Positions 38,101-44,965 of a stretch of 64,000 nucleotides of DNA are shown here, piece by piece. This DNA comes from Patescibacteria group bacterium (GTDB lineage: Bacteria; Patescibacteriota; Patescibacteriia; UBA10025; JAHIVO01). The position numbers were made by a program, and so were the translations under genes. Position 1 is the first letter of the stretch; every line of letters starts with the position of its first letter. Where the stretch lies: the NCBI GenBank assembly GCA_043808365.1, contig JAZDEZ010000003.1, positions 2,628 to 66,627 of the forward strand, read 5' to 3'. The notes beneath the pieces are model-generated. The model was given only the letters and a program-made list of their open reading frames with translations. It was not told the origin of the DNA and made no database searches.

Positions 38101-40313
38101 TTTGATAAATTACTATATGTACCATCGGATTTTTCCACCTGTATGGCTACTTCTGGCGATAAGCCTATGCAACTCACCCAATCGCCAGCGCATGCCACCG
38201 GGACGAGGCCAAGCAGATCCGGCACCTTAATAATGACATACCGGTCTGTCCACGTGGCGTCGCATGGCGGGTTTGGCGGAAATAACGCCTGCACCCTCGC
38301 GCCTGTTATCCGATGTCGGAACCATACCCGGCTCGAACCGGCGACATAATCGCCAAAACCGGCATTGCTGTCGCTCCGCTTGAAAATGGTCACGTACTGG
38401 CCGATGCCGCCGTGCGGCTGATCATTGAGACCGGATACGGCGCCGATCTGCGGGCTGGTCACGTCAAAATCAGACGCGTTGCTGTCCGTCACGCATCTGC
38501 CGCCCGGGCAAGCAGACGGCGGACAGGACTTGTTATCGTCTGCCCCGCCTTCGCAGACACCAGGAGAAATACTGACCACTACTCCCCCGTCCTTAGCGCC
38601 ATTGGATGGGATAATATCCCCATAGTTTCTCGGCCCGCCCGGGATCCTGGTTTGGATGGCCGAACCAGTCCAGGAAACATTACAATCTTGATCCGGCCAA
38701 TAATTTCCGTTGAAGCAATTCAATACGTCTGATACTTCCCGCGGAAAAGTCACATTTCCGGTAATGCCGAAATTAGTGCCGGTAATCTGCGTGTAGGGCA
38801 GCGGGTCGGTATATTTGCCGTCTGCCGGATTTATGCCGGTGATCTCTGGAATGCATCTCGTATTGGTCGTATCGGTGTCAGTCGTGAAGCTCCAAGGCAC
38901 GGTTTCATTCGGCGGGTTTGGCAACGGCTGGTTATTGACAGCCATGAAATTATCCCCGCCAGCCGTGCCATCATCCGCGCCATTATAATTGCCGTCCAGG
39001 TGATTATAACAAACGTCCATGATGCCATCAGTATTATAGGTCCACGTACCGCCACAGGTATTAACACAATCAGATTTGGTAATACAGCCTGGGCCAGGGA
39101 TGGAACAGGTCCCGCCCGGCGTGCCTGCCCTAAGCGTAATGTCATGTAATGTATTCGGTGCCAGCGGTGACGCCGGCCTGGTGGAGAATGATGAAACATT
39201 CGGATAGGATATTTTTCCTAGTACTAGTACCGTAGGCACGGGGTTTTGCAACAAAACCGTAGTGGCGTTTATTGAGGACACCCGCATCTTTTGGGAGAAA
39301 ATCGACTGGATCGGCGTCATCAGGCAAATGCCAGCGTCATCGTCGGTCGGATAAATTTTAGTGACAGTTGGTGGTGTGGTAAGTGTCGTGGTACCGGTGG
39401 TAAATGTCCAAATTTCCGGCACGGTTACCCGCGGCGAAGGGGCATCTTCCGTCACTCCAGCGCGAATTTCCGCGCGGTAGGTGGTGCTGGGCAAATAATC
39501 AGCATCCGGTAAAAATTCCAACAATGTATGGTCGGCAGCCACCACTTGCCAGACGCCGGCTACTTCACCACCCACGCACGCACCGGCCGTACAGACTCCT
39601 GAAAAACATTCACTCGCGCCACCACAGAGTACGGCGTCACCCTTAGTTGCCGCGTCCACATACAGCCCGACATTGCCTGGTACGGATGTCACTAAAAAGT
39701 CGCCATTATATATTACCTGAATAATACTGCACAGCGGCACATTAACCTCCCCATAGCTCGGATCGATCCATGTCTTACGGAACGTATCCGTACTGCCGCC
39801 GGCACAGCCAGGAATCAAAGGATTATAAATAGTATATCCGGTGCCCGCGGCGTTGCATTCATAACAGTGGTTCACGTCAGGCGGCGGTCCTGGACTGCAA
39901 ATAACTGCACCCGGACCGTTGATGATGTCATTTAAGCGGCCAATGATGAACGTTACGATCGCCCAGGCCAGCATGATGATGACCAGCCCGATGACCGCGT
40001 CCCGCAGGATGCGTTTGGCTTTCTTGATTTTCTCCTCATTGCCGGCCGCGGTCAGCCACACGAAGCCGCCGTACATGATGATAATGACCGCCACCAGGCC
40101 GAGCAGCCCGAGCGCCCACTGGAGGATTTTGATGATGGTGGATTCCAGATCAGCCGTGCCCAGTCCGAGCGTACTGCCGAGGCCGCTGTCAACGGTGACG
40201 GCCAAAGTCGGCGAGGTGGTGAGCCAGAGCGTAAACGCCAATAATCCGGCTAGCGCCAAAAAGCCGAATAGCGCACCCAGGAAAAATGTTTTTTTGTTTG
40301 TACGCGCCCTCAT
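29130..40313 (-). CDS. Giant (3727 aa) cell-surface protein: T4SS-pilin-like two-helix anchor + IPT/TIG-like, Ig-like, NHL-like, Cys-rich and BNR/Asp-box propeller modules
   Basis: An uninterrupted 11.2-kb ORF. The N-terminus (IIKILQWALGLLGLVAVIIIMYGGFVWLTAAGNEEKIKKAKRIL...AVIGLVIIMLAWAIVTF) matches the TrbC/VirB2-like pilin domain common at N-termini of CPR surface proteins. There are at least 4 IPT/TIG-like segments (e.g. INPADGKYT...ITGTNF). NHL-like repeats (IYITRYNSRSVDKY, IYIANRDNHEIVAMD, LYITDIMNARIVRV) fall near 32.7-33.5 kb. Ig-like modules carry VEFYVDG motifs. Cys-rich repeats lie at 30.3-30.8 kb. Seven C-terminal SxDxGxxW blades complete the protein. Confidence 0.9.
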   Translation of the reverse strand: MRARTNKKTFFLGALFGFLALAGLLAFTLWLTTSPTLAVTVDSGLGSTLGLGTADLESTIIKILQWALGLLGLVAVIIIMYGGFVWLTAAGNEEKIKKAKRILRDAVIGLVIIMLAWAIVTFIIGRLNDIINGPGAVICSPGPPPDVNHCYECNAAGTGYTIYNPLIPGCAGGSTDTFRKTWIDPSYGEVNVPLCSIIQVIYNGDFLVTSVPGNVGLYVDAATKGDAVLCGGASECFSGVCTAGACVGGEVAGVWQVVAADHTLLEFLPDADYLPSTTYRAEIRAGVTEDAPSPRVTVPEIWTFTTGTTTLTTPPTVTKIYPTDDDAGICLMTPIQSIFSQKMRVSSINATTVLLQNPVPTVLVLGKISYPNVSSFSTRPASPLAPNTLHDITLRAGTPGGTCSIPGPGCITKSDCVNTCGGTWTYNTDGIMDVCYNHLDGNYNGADDGTAGGDNFMAVNNQPLPNPPNETVPWSFTTDTDTTNTRCIPEITGINPADGKYTDPLPYTQITGTNFGITGNVTFPREVSDVLNCFNGNYWPDQDCNVSWTGSAIQTRIPGGPRNYGDIIPSNGAKDGGVVVSISPGVCEGGADDNKSCPPSACPGGRCVTDSNASDFDVTSPQIGAVSGLNDQPHGGIGQYVTIFKRSDSNAGFGDYVAGSSRVWFRHRITGARVQALFPPNPPCDATWTDRYVIIKVPDLLGLVPVACAGDWVSCIGLSPEVAIQVEKSDGTYSNLSNFIYTNETAGPGLCQVNPICGTQGTTVTLSGENIAGAGPYSVGFRLGLAAPFSVAPVAGSWNNPVDTVRAVVPNLDNAEDYKVNLTNANGASNAMPFDVPCGGVPRVKESRTCSFLCVGGANVGKSCNDPGDCPGGACLPAAIPSPNPYKGTTNVCLNAVFGANFVNSTGADVQMDNGTLSNANIKLYDCTDNTAACATTNEIVIPAANFTTYAPPNNVSFTFAPPANLTDNHYYKVIISKEVRSAPPGNVKMSADYQWVVKTQVGTAACPVTQVLVSPPGTTILTEIDPAPGSTQVYSSLPLGPACMFMNPLSYAWTWASSNLPVATLAQVPPQPPYQRTATALSVGQTIISAATEGKTGQARLRVSLDACAFNPGVCAAACPGSVCNIAKDKCTPVTKKISPTSGVMSPNAGQPGTTVTIEGCYFGPYVAGVSKVLFDTFESIFFCPKPWTDSQIITTVPPDILVPPIVSQIMAVYMQTSDGLVSDPGIYGTVFEVNSTCGIGIPVPGTGVPGICSINPSSGKNGSQTSFDGYNFTLNGAWPVVKAQFTEDGGGLVDAADGKDDGTGKLFSGVTVPGTAITGPANVAVQSGVGYCASNSLTFGITCDNSAQCGTGCCAYSSLVHAKICQPLAVCSTGGPGDPCKLDSAEHQAAGLCQLGPTVSGTGDYRCIDPVGHLWPTGLGSPAINSRLYVAPDPAAASPCISCCDPDVDNDGNNEDPQVNLGGLKCTPDQDACTGDERGLYCGCSYDAANPAPGDVQCDDGTGTIACGKNTCCYARPQFISVAPAVPVPPNSLMCLNNVFEFTFDQPIDIASVIPGTSVFMVDDDTGVDLDVSVTRAVNGFIISPKIVFVAGHDVRITLNRDLIRSAKGIAWAGGNQQWTWPISISATVCAIDSFHWHFIRQGAPLILSPLQDNYNCFTDTCADDMSPGAVLGNQHWAVVRALDKYGHGVGATYNWSTGDGTIVKIDETLHTNVNQGLTAQPKNGRTTVRVEAVPNFFTGPKTSSARVTVNSCEKPWPNALAPDFDASQYVDNVTNFSVSYCREPGNLPQLVRPASVIVKPGSYVSDNEKNELIREFFFLRRDASSDDAIGIRVYENEGNQSAREWYFSQFGPAAPQPQDLQVDGYGAVRAGRSVYVAAWNPSGTNDGDPLYPNIYLISYNEGAAEDTVEIYNRMINNWEFSVNLYQYQKEDVQRDMQRVTDLSAIYDKLLKYRTDKGSFPKLEGGSYVKMLTTSKWPSWQDTLGAAVGGDLPGDPIDKFVAAAPPTLCSQAGGYDQNTCWNDTVKKYQCPADSFVYQYMSNAAGNNASLFAHLEGAHINNAGDWFLGDNVGQDYCVEDFGYCSDAQFTTRTTCAAPAIWTPIAECPCFNYDFNVSGTAADHAGPVIDSVDSLIKDATTTVSGTRALDVTVSDAGSGVNQVEFYVDGIRTFTDTDNASWSWNFDTTRYADGSHTVRVRAFDNAGNQTDQDYAIRVDNTSQPDTTRPFVTITAPANGATVSNRNVTYSPDKAAAAAGANSIEATNSGSLFWIDYRPGFISSINRYDSNLTANTPISTLEFPLPSPLDLSEGNGHIYWVRQDKSNGDMLVTYTPPLGRRVVRYAADAKPGDPPKAVYEIPGVIGGVPIPGWMTGSITHAVGAADGKIIAVIRFRILVIFNPTSGLTEKYYSVPTGDIGGIDLDSAGNIYITRYNSRSVDKYSPDLVLIKSLTTLDLNIPIGLDVAGNTIYIANRDNHEIVAMDTDLTKLVHVFGETGTAGDRLSQLNQPTDVVLNGNNLYITDIMNARIVRVRATISNGVQINALATDNRAVQSVDLEVRDSASAIVVDSYSCGGNTTSTLSCSFAPPWDSTTVPNGAYAISAIATDSGGWTGSTSITVNVDNLESVAPTVVFNEVGGMCGQGTCRDAPNGPCDYINPCPNNGICDFNAICSQSNMAACLDSLAPPGDNICLRSGTVNVPVTATDNKSVAEVKFYVDGLFRSNAIHQPGYCASAGTACANDSECTAPDTCALNTWNWSWSTAGLMRGICASHCQAGLQACVSDSDCPQSGDTCAVAVGSGVQCNEDAACQAGLTCAGHRVAAYAYDDSGNVSASTLFIPIDVAWDDSQAPTVAFIPPTPDDNISVVTNPITLAVDAQDDYGVNRVNFYRDHVLMRTVLAGDLGGWVWTVNTANISSGWHSFQVDALDARGNRSTSIERKYNIRGLGGPVITDAAATPCSGIAGTSFTIQVRLADSEGVDTTPLNGPKALIQSPDESNVNIIIINLGRISGDEKNGVYEGTWTSTANDPYFVDIVAQDINGNASELENIECVECLHPPVIDETGVTLTGLFNWYIPATHTITVRQAQAFTATLRASNYPTNWSINTGAPSLSTFNITFDTGTGRFSGTPLNMGFKAGIGVTASNACGDSAPINYNIDINAAACSTIDGYCPVGCNRCRDTDCLPTTCAGCCNGTTCTPSTVAQCGLNSAVCVACPAGQTCNAGVCVAPACSPATCPGGCCTAGGTCVPYASQSNAQCGPNGLACAACGAPTTTCDLSNGSCVAPACSPATCPGGCCTAGGTCVPYASQSNAQCGTGGALCAACPVITPICNATTGGCCANAAIIPQFPPAASSGTAYSYVIARTGTEPLTWAITAGSVPGLTLNTGTGEYSGTPTTGIYTVTFTAVGNAPCAAVATRILTFVINPVCSIYAGTFEGFVFRSTDNGNSWTNSNGGSPIGAGTVLSLIQASNGWILGGGETSLIRGTINNGGTWFDIGNISGAQEYYKLIRASDGSIYAGTGLVGGDVFRSTDNGNNWVNTGELLGASKVHSLLQASDGSLYAGTEWFGDVFRSTDNGNSWVNTGELLGQTGVHSLLQASDGSIYAGTRLSGDVFRTTDNGNSWVNTGDLPFAQKVYSLLQASDGSIYAGTDPVGDVFRSTDNGNSWVNTGNLPGATRVFSLLQASDGSIFAGTQPLGEVFRTTDNGNSWVNTGDLPGAGLVMVLKYYCQ
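29133..30050 (-). repeat. 129-bp (43-aa) tandem coding repeats, about 7 units (BNR/Asp-box blades)
   Basis: The unit marker ACCCAGCTAT recurs at 29191, 29320, 29449, 29578 and 29707, an exact 129-nt period. The protein unit is GDVFRSTDNGNSWVNTG...LLQASDGS.YAGT. Confidence 0.85.
30376..30641 (-). repeat. Perfect 98-nt direct duplication (168-nt period) inside the giant gene
   Basis: 30376-30473 is identical to 30544-30641. Both encode the duplicated CVAPACSPATCPGGCCTAGGTCVPYASQSNAQCG. Confidence 0.9.
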
Positions 40314-40343
40314 GTTATTACGCGTATATTTTTATGTAAGTGT

Positions 40344-40793
40344 TTAGGGGTTGCCTAACGCTTCCTGCACGGCCCGGCTGACCGTTTGGCCGTCTGACCG
40401 GCCGGCGACCTTGGCCATGGCCGCTTTCATCACCAGCCCGAAATTTTTTTCATTTTCTCCAGACGCGGCTACTGCCTCTTGGACAATCTTTTTGATCTCC
40501 TCGGCGGATAGCCGCTGCGGCAGATATTTTTCGATAAGACGCAGTTCTTTCGTCTCCTTGTCAGCCAATTCCGGCCGGCCGCCGGCCGTGAACGCCGCAG
40601 ACGCTTCGCGGCGCTGTTTGGCCTGGGCCTGGAGGACTTTCACCGCGTCCGCTTCGGGCAATTCTTTCGTCCGCTTGGCGATGGCCGCGTTGTGGATGGC
40701 GCTTTTCAGCATCCGGAGCGCGGACAGCGAAAACCCGTCCTGCCCGCGCATGGCCTTCTTGATATCCTCGGTTATTATGGATTCAGTCGACAC
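40344..40793 (-). CDS. yqeY: GatB/YqeY domain protein
   Basis: 149 aa. The pattern IKKAMRGQD...LSALRMLKSAI...EIKKIVQEAV...NFGLVMKAAMAKVAGRSDG is typical of YqeY. Confidence 0.85.
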   Translation of the reverse strand: MSTESIITEDIKKAMRGQDGFSLSALRMLKSAIHNAAIAKRTKELPEADAVKVLQAQAKQRREASAAFTAGGRPELADKETKELRLIEKYLPQRLSAEEIKKIVQEAVAASGENEKNFGLVMKAAMAKVAGRSDGQTVSRAVQEALGNP

Positions 40794-40805
40794 GGCAAAA
40801 ATATG

Positions 40806-41090
40806 TTATCGTACGCGAGCTTGCAGCAGTTTTTTTATGGTACCGCGCTTGTTCGGGCGTTTCGGATCAATGAAATCATCCAGCTTGCCGATCTTGCGCA
40901 AAAATTCTTTCTTTTCCATGATCAGTTTCCGCCTGGCCGCGACTTCGCGCATTTCCAGCTTGGTTTTTTTGGATGAATAAAAACGGCCGCGCTTCGCGCG
41001 CAACAGGACGCCGCTGGCCTGCACTCTTTTCGTGAACCGCCTCAATAGGCTTTCCGGCGACTCGCCTTCTTTTCTTCTGACTTCTACCAT
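40806..41090 (-). CDS. rpsU: 30S ribosomal protein S21 (C-terminally extended)
   Basis: MVEVRRKEGESPESLLRRFTKRVQASGVLLRAKRGRFY matches the bS21 core. Confidence 0.88.
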   Translation of the reverse strand: MVEVRRKEGESPESLLRRFTKRVQASGVLLRAKRGRFYSSKKTKLEMREVAARRKLIMEKKEFLRKIGKLDDFIDPKRPNKRGTIKKLLQARVR

Positions 41091-41284
41091 GTGAGAAATT
41101 CACCTCCCCAATGATGTTTCATGCCCGTGTATTTTTCTAAAAACAACGCCTCTGGGCATGTATTAATGATAATCAAATAATACGAAAAAACTAGGTTTAA
41201 TATAACACAGAAAACAGTCTTTTGTCAAAATAGGCTATATATATGGATACGCCTTAATACCCAAATCGCCCTTTTAAGCTAATA

Positions 41285-41623
41285 TTACGCTAAACTATGC
41301 AATTTCTTGCCGCCTAACATATGTATATGAAGGTGGGGCACCACCTGGCCGCCGTCTGGTCCGCAATTAACCACCAGTTTATAGCCAGATTCCAGTCCAT
41401 GGGTAACGGCCAACTCCTTGGCCCGCAATACCATCGCGCCAAGAAGCTGTTGGTGGCGCGGCTTCAATTCATTGAGGGATGAGATGTGCTCTTTGCTGAT
41501 AATCAGCAGATGGACGGGAGCCTGCGGATGGATGTCTCTTATCACAAAAAAACTTTCGGACTCATGGATGAGTTCTGCTTGAATTTTTTTTTGCGCTATC
41601 TGGCAAAAAATACAGTCTGCCAT
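41285..41623 (-). CDS. HIT-family (histidine triad) nucleotide hydrolase
   Basis: It has CIFCQI, an N-terminal zinc-like motif, and the HLHIHMLGG histidine triad. Confidence 0.9.
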   Translation of the reverse strand: MADCIFCQIAQKKIQAELIHESESFFVIRDIHPQAPVHLLIISKEHISSLNELKPRHQQLLGAMVLRAKELAVTHGLESGYKLVVNCGPDGGQVVPHLHIHMLGGKKLHSLA

Positions 41624-41629
41624 ATGAGC

Positions 41630-43024
41630 TTAGATCGGCAGCTTGGTCATGGGATCGTCCCCGGAGGGTGGCTGGTCCAATGTTATGCTGCGGTGGTTAT
41701 GATTTGAAGCGATGACGTTATTTTTTGCCAGGCGCTTATGGATTTCTGGAATTATTTTTTGGAAATCAACAGTTTCCTGGATGCCGTTCTCCATGTCGCG
41801 GATCAGGATCGTGCCGTCCAGCATTTCCTTCGGGCCGAGGATGAGCGCGTATTTCACGCCCAGCTTATTCGCCATTTCCATTTGCGGCTTGATGCCGTCT
41901 TTTGAGAATGTCTCAGCCACGCGCAATCCGTCCCGGCGGAGATCCTCGAAAAGGCGGAGGGCTTTTTTCCTGGCCGCATCGCCGAGCTGGGCGACAAAAA
42001 CCTCCGGCGCAGCGGGCACCCCGACTTTGATGTCCCGGGCCTTGATCTCGTTGATCAGGCGTTCAATGCCGGCGGCGAAACCGATCGCCGGGGTCGGCTG
42101 CCCCCCAAGCTGTTTTACCAAGACATCATAACGTCCGCCGCCGCAAAGGGCGCTCGGGTTGCCGGCATTCTCCCCTTCGACTACCGGCCAGATCTCAAAC
42201 GCCGTGCCGGTATAATAATCCAAACCCCGGACTAGGCGTGAATTGAGGACATACGGGATTTCGAGCCCGTCCAGATGCTCCAGCACCTTCACAAAATGCG
42301 CGTGACAAGCTTCACATAAAAAATCAACGGTCTGCGGCGCATCCTGGGCGAGGAGCTGGCAATCCGGCGCTTTGCAGTCAAGCAGGCGCAATGGATTTTT
42401 TTGCATCCGGCGTCTGCAGTCTTCACACAGCGCGTTCTTGCGGCTGCGGTAATATTCGTTCAAGGCTTTTTTATACGACTCGCGGCAGGTCGGGCAGCCG
42501 ACGCTGTTTACCTGCAAAGACACCGGCAAGCCAATTTCATTCATGAAACTGTACGCCAGCATCATCAACTGCGCGTCAATGACCGGATGGCTGTCCCCGA
42601 GCACCTCAAACCCAAACTGGTAGAACTGGCGGTACCGGCCGGCTTGAGGCCGGTCATACCGGAAAAACGGCCCAAAATAATACAATTTGACCGGCTGCGG
42701 ACGGTTCAGCATCCCATGTTCAATATAGGCGCGGACCACGCCGGCTGTCCCTTCTGGCCGGAGCGACACGGAATCATTGCTCTTGTCCAGGAAGGAGTAC
42801 ATTTCTTTCTCAACCACGTCGGTTTCCTGGCCAATTGACCGGACAAAAAGCGATGTCTCCTCCAGGGTTGGCGTATCAATACGGCCAAAACCGTATGTTT
42901 GCGCGGCCTGGTCAATGCGCTGGCGGATAAAATCCCAAAAACGCTGATCCTCCGGCAAGATGTCCTTCATGCCGCGGAGAAGTTGCGGGAGTTTCTTAGG
43001 CTTGTCCGCTGATTTTTTATTCAT
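41630..43024 (-). CDS. hisS: Histidine--tRNA ligase
   Basis: Class II aaRS motifs are present (LRGMKDILP, LRPEGTAG, FRYDRPQAGRYRQF, GGGRYD). I place the start at the ATG at 43024 (MNKKSADKP). The ORF-track start at 43150 would overlap lepB by 125 nt. Confidence 0.93.
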   Translation of the reverse strand: MNKKSADKPKKLPQLLRGMKDILPEDQRFWDFIRQRIDQAAQTYGFGRIDTPTLEETSLFVRSIGQETDVVEKEMYSFLDKSNDSVSLRPEGTAGVVRAYIEHGMLNRPQPVKLYYFGPFFRYDRPQAGRYRQFYQFGFEVLGDSHPVIDAQLMMLAYSFMNEIGLPVSLQVNSVGCPTCRESYKKALNEYYRSRKNALCEDCRRRMQKNPLRLLDCKAPDCQLLAQDAPQTVDFLCEACHAHFVKVLEHLDGLEIPYVLNSRLVRGLDYYTGTAFEIWPVVEGENAGNPSALCGGGRYDVLVKQLGGQPTPAIGFAAGIERLINEIKARDIKVGVPAAPEVFVAQLGDAARKKALRLFEDLRRDGLRVAETFSKDGIKPQMEMANKLGVKYALILGPKEMLDGTILIRDMENGIQETVDFQKIIPEIHKRLAKNNVIASNHNHRSITLDQPPSGDDPMTKLPI

Positions 43025-43025
43025 G

Positions 43026-43688
43026 TTATTGTATTGATAAATTGTAGATTGGACTGACAAAATGCTGGAACTCGGAAAACGGATAGACGCGCAGCCACGC
43101 CCGGCCGACGATATCCTGGCTGGGGAGCGAACCAAAGATGCGGGAATCAAGGCTGACGGACCGGTTATCGCCCATGACGAAATACTGATCGCTCGGCACC
43201 GATGTCGCGGCCAAATTATTTGTAATCGTACCCTCGGCTAAATATGATTCCGAGAGAATGATGCCGTCAGGGAATTGGTCATTGATTATTTTCACTTCGC
43301 CGTTCGTTGATTCGACCGTCTCACCCGGCAGTCCGATGATCCGCTTAATGAAAAACTCACTGGTCCGGTTCGGATTGCGCATGACGACAACGTCGCCGCG
43401 CTGGGGTTCGGTAAAGCGATAAGTGATTTCATCAATGATCAAATACTCATTGTCATGAAAATTCGGCTCCATGGAGGCGCCGCGCACGTAAAACGGCTGG
43501 AACAGGAAATACCGGATTGGGATGATGATGACCAGGGCGATCAGGACGATCTTGACCAATTCTAGAATAAAACTGCGCGGTGATTCGGCAAAAGACGGCG
43601 AGGCCGGCTTGGTAGGCTTTTGTTCCTGCCTGACCTCCTGCTTCGCTTTTTTATTGTCTATGTCGTAATCGCTGATAGTCAATCTCAT
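43026..43688 (-). CDS. lepB: Signal peptidase I
   Basis: 220 aa with a TM anchor, the catalytic GASMEP (Ser) box, RGDVVV, and GDNRSVSLDSR. Confidence 0.9.
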   Translation of the reverse strand: MRLTISDYDIDNKKAKQEVRQEQKPTKPASPSFAESPRSFILELVKIVLIALVIIIPIRYFLFQPFYVRGASMEPNFHDNEYLIIDEITYRFTEPQRGDVVVMRNPNRTSEFFIKRIIGLPGETVESTNGEVKIINDQFPDGIILSESYLAEGTITNNLAATSVPSDQYFVMGDNRSVSLDSRIFGSLPSQDIVGRAWLRVYPFSEFQHFVSPIYNLSIQ

Positions 43689-43698
43689 GGTATTGGTA

Positions 43699-43809
43699 TT
43701 AATTAGACGGCGAGGTGAAATGCGAAAAATCCTTGAACGGCCATACCCGCAGCCAGGCTCGGCCGATTATTTGTTTTTTCGTAACCACCCGCTGATAAAC
43801 GCATGATAA
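43699..43809 (-). pseudogene. Remnant of a second signal peptidase I gene (C-terminal ~25 aa only)
   Basis: The minus-strand frame reads ...VVTKKQIIGRAWLRVWPFKDFSHFTSPSN*. This parallels the intact LepB C-terminus QDIVGRAWLRVYPFSEFQHFVSP. An upstream in-frame stop lies at 43810-43812. Confidence 0.6.
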
Positions 43810-43844
43810 TTATTTTATTCTATTCCATCCAAATTATATTCATG

Positions 43845-44033
43845 ATGGACGATGATGGAGTTTCCGCCAAAGGCGGATCCGCCCTCATTAAATAAAAATC
43901 ATATCGGTGGGCGGAGAACCTATGACCTCGGCAATGTGAATGCCGCGCTCTAACCAACCCCGACGTATAGTCGGGGCTCCGACCGTAGCGTCGGAGCTGA
44001 TTCCCTACATATCAATTAAATGGACGATGATGG
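43845..44033. repeat. Segment bounded by 14-bp direct repeats ATGGACGATGATGG next to tRNA-Val
   Basis: Exact copies lie at 43845-43858 and 44020-44033. Between them are a copy of the TCCGCC-aaa-GGCGGA hairpin (43861-43879), a partial tRNA-Val and two hairpins (43958-43976, 43977-43996). A CTAC at 44005-44008 reads GTAG on the minus strand. Confidence 0.7.
43906..43958 (-). pseudogene. Partial tRNA-Val duplicate (D-loop to T-stem, truncated T-arm)
   Basis: 43916-43958 is identical over 43 nt to 44060-44102 of the intact tRNA. The 3-prime acceptor-like CGCCCACC is retained. The 5-prime acceptor, D-stem and half of the T-arm are missing. Confidence 0.7.
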
Positions 44034-44039
44034 CGCGTC

Positions 44040-44116
44040 TGGTGGGCGCGATAGGAGTTGAACCTATGACCTCGGCAATGTGAATGCCGCGCTCTAACCA
44101 ACTGAGCTACGCGCCC
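44040..44116 (-). tRNA. tRNA-Val (anticodon CAC), CCA encoded
   Basis: The minus strand reads GGGCGCG-TA-GCTC-AGTTGGTTA-GAGC-G-CGGCA-TTCACAT-TGCCG-AGGTC-ATAGG-TTCAACT-CCTAT-CGCGCCC-A-CCA. The cloverleaf folds cleanly by hand. Confidence 0.92.
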
Positions 44117-44165
44117 AAATAAACAACTCCAAGGTACTTTCATGATAGGCGCAACAAGTAGAAGC

Positions 44166-44194
44166 ATTATATCACAAAAAAGGCCATAAATCAA
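44166..44194 (-). promoter_or_regulatory. Predicted promoter TTGATT-N17-TATAAT (extended -10 TGTGATATAAT) for tRNA-Val
   Basis: Hexamers at 44189-44194 and 44166-44171 on the minus strand. Confidence 0.45.
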
Positions 44195-44248
44195 CTATTC
44201 TGACAGTATAAGCATTTATATAAGTATTGGCAACATTCTGCCTGAGAC

Positions 44249-44965
44249 CTATTTTTTCGTTTGGGATTTCAGCTTAAGCACCCGCCAAAAGCTTTCAAAC
44301 ATGATTTTAACGCTGAATTTTGACTGGCCGGCCCGGCGTTCAAGGAAAACAATCGGTATTTCTACGACACTAAAGCCTGCTTTTAGCGCCCGATACGTCA
44401 CTTCGATCTGGAAATTGTACCCGTTTGACTCTACCGTATCCAAATCCAGGCGTTCGAGTACGCGACGGTGAAAACATTTATACCCACCGGTCAGGTCAGT
44501 GACGCCGACTCCGAGAATGAGCTTGATCGTCCAATTCGCACACCAGCTGATCGCATGGCGCATCCAGCTCCAGTTCTCCACTCCGCCTCCCGCGATGTAC
44601 CGCGAGCCAAGGACTAAATCAGCTCCCCGCGCTTTCGATAAAAACCCAGGGATATATTTCGACTGGTGGGAAAAATCCGCATCCATCTCAAAAATGTATT
44701 CTGCCTCAGGATCAGCTAATGCGGCATGGAAACCGGCGATATAGGCGCGTCCTAAACCGGCTTTTTTCTGACGATGGAGGACCGTTATCCGATTGTCGGC
44801 ACGTGACAACTCATCGGCTACGCGGCCGGTGCCATCAGGCGAATTGTCGTCAACGACAATGACTCGCAGATCTTGCGCGCCAATCCCAAAAATACCGCGG
44901 ATGATGCCTGGCAGGTTCTCGCGCTCGTTATAGGTCGGCAGAATGATGACAATTTTTTGATTCAT
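44249..44965 (-). CDS. Polyprenol-phosphate mannose/glucose synthase-like GT2 (DPM1/Ppm1 type)
   Basis: 238 aa with IILPTYNERENL, VVDDNSPDGT and EMDADFSH motifs. Confidence 0.85.
   Translation of the reverse strand: MNQKIVIILPTYNERENLPGIIRGIFGIGAQDLRVIVVDDNSPDGTGRVADELSRADNRITVLHRQKKAGLGRAYIAGFHAALADPEAEYIFEMDADFSHQSKYIPGFLSKARGADLVLGSRYIAGGGVENWSWMRHAISWCANWTIKLILGVGVTDLTGGYKCFHRRVLERLDLDTVESNGYNFQIEVTYRALKAGFSVVEIPIVFLERRAGQSKFSVKIMFESFWRVLKLKSQTKK

Noticed and set aside
43025-43150. The ORF-track N-terminal extension of hisS, which overlaps lepB by 125 nt.
   Set aside because: The extension has no aaRS similarity. The conserved HisRS N-terminus begins at MNKKSADKP...LRGMKD, at the ATG at 43024, which lies immediately after the lepB stop.
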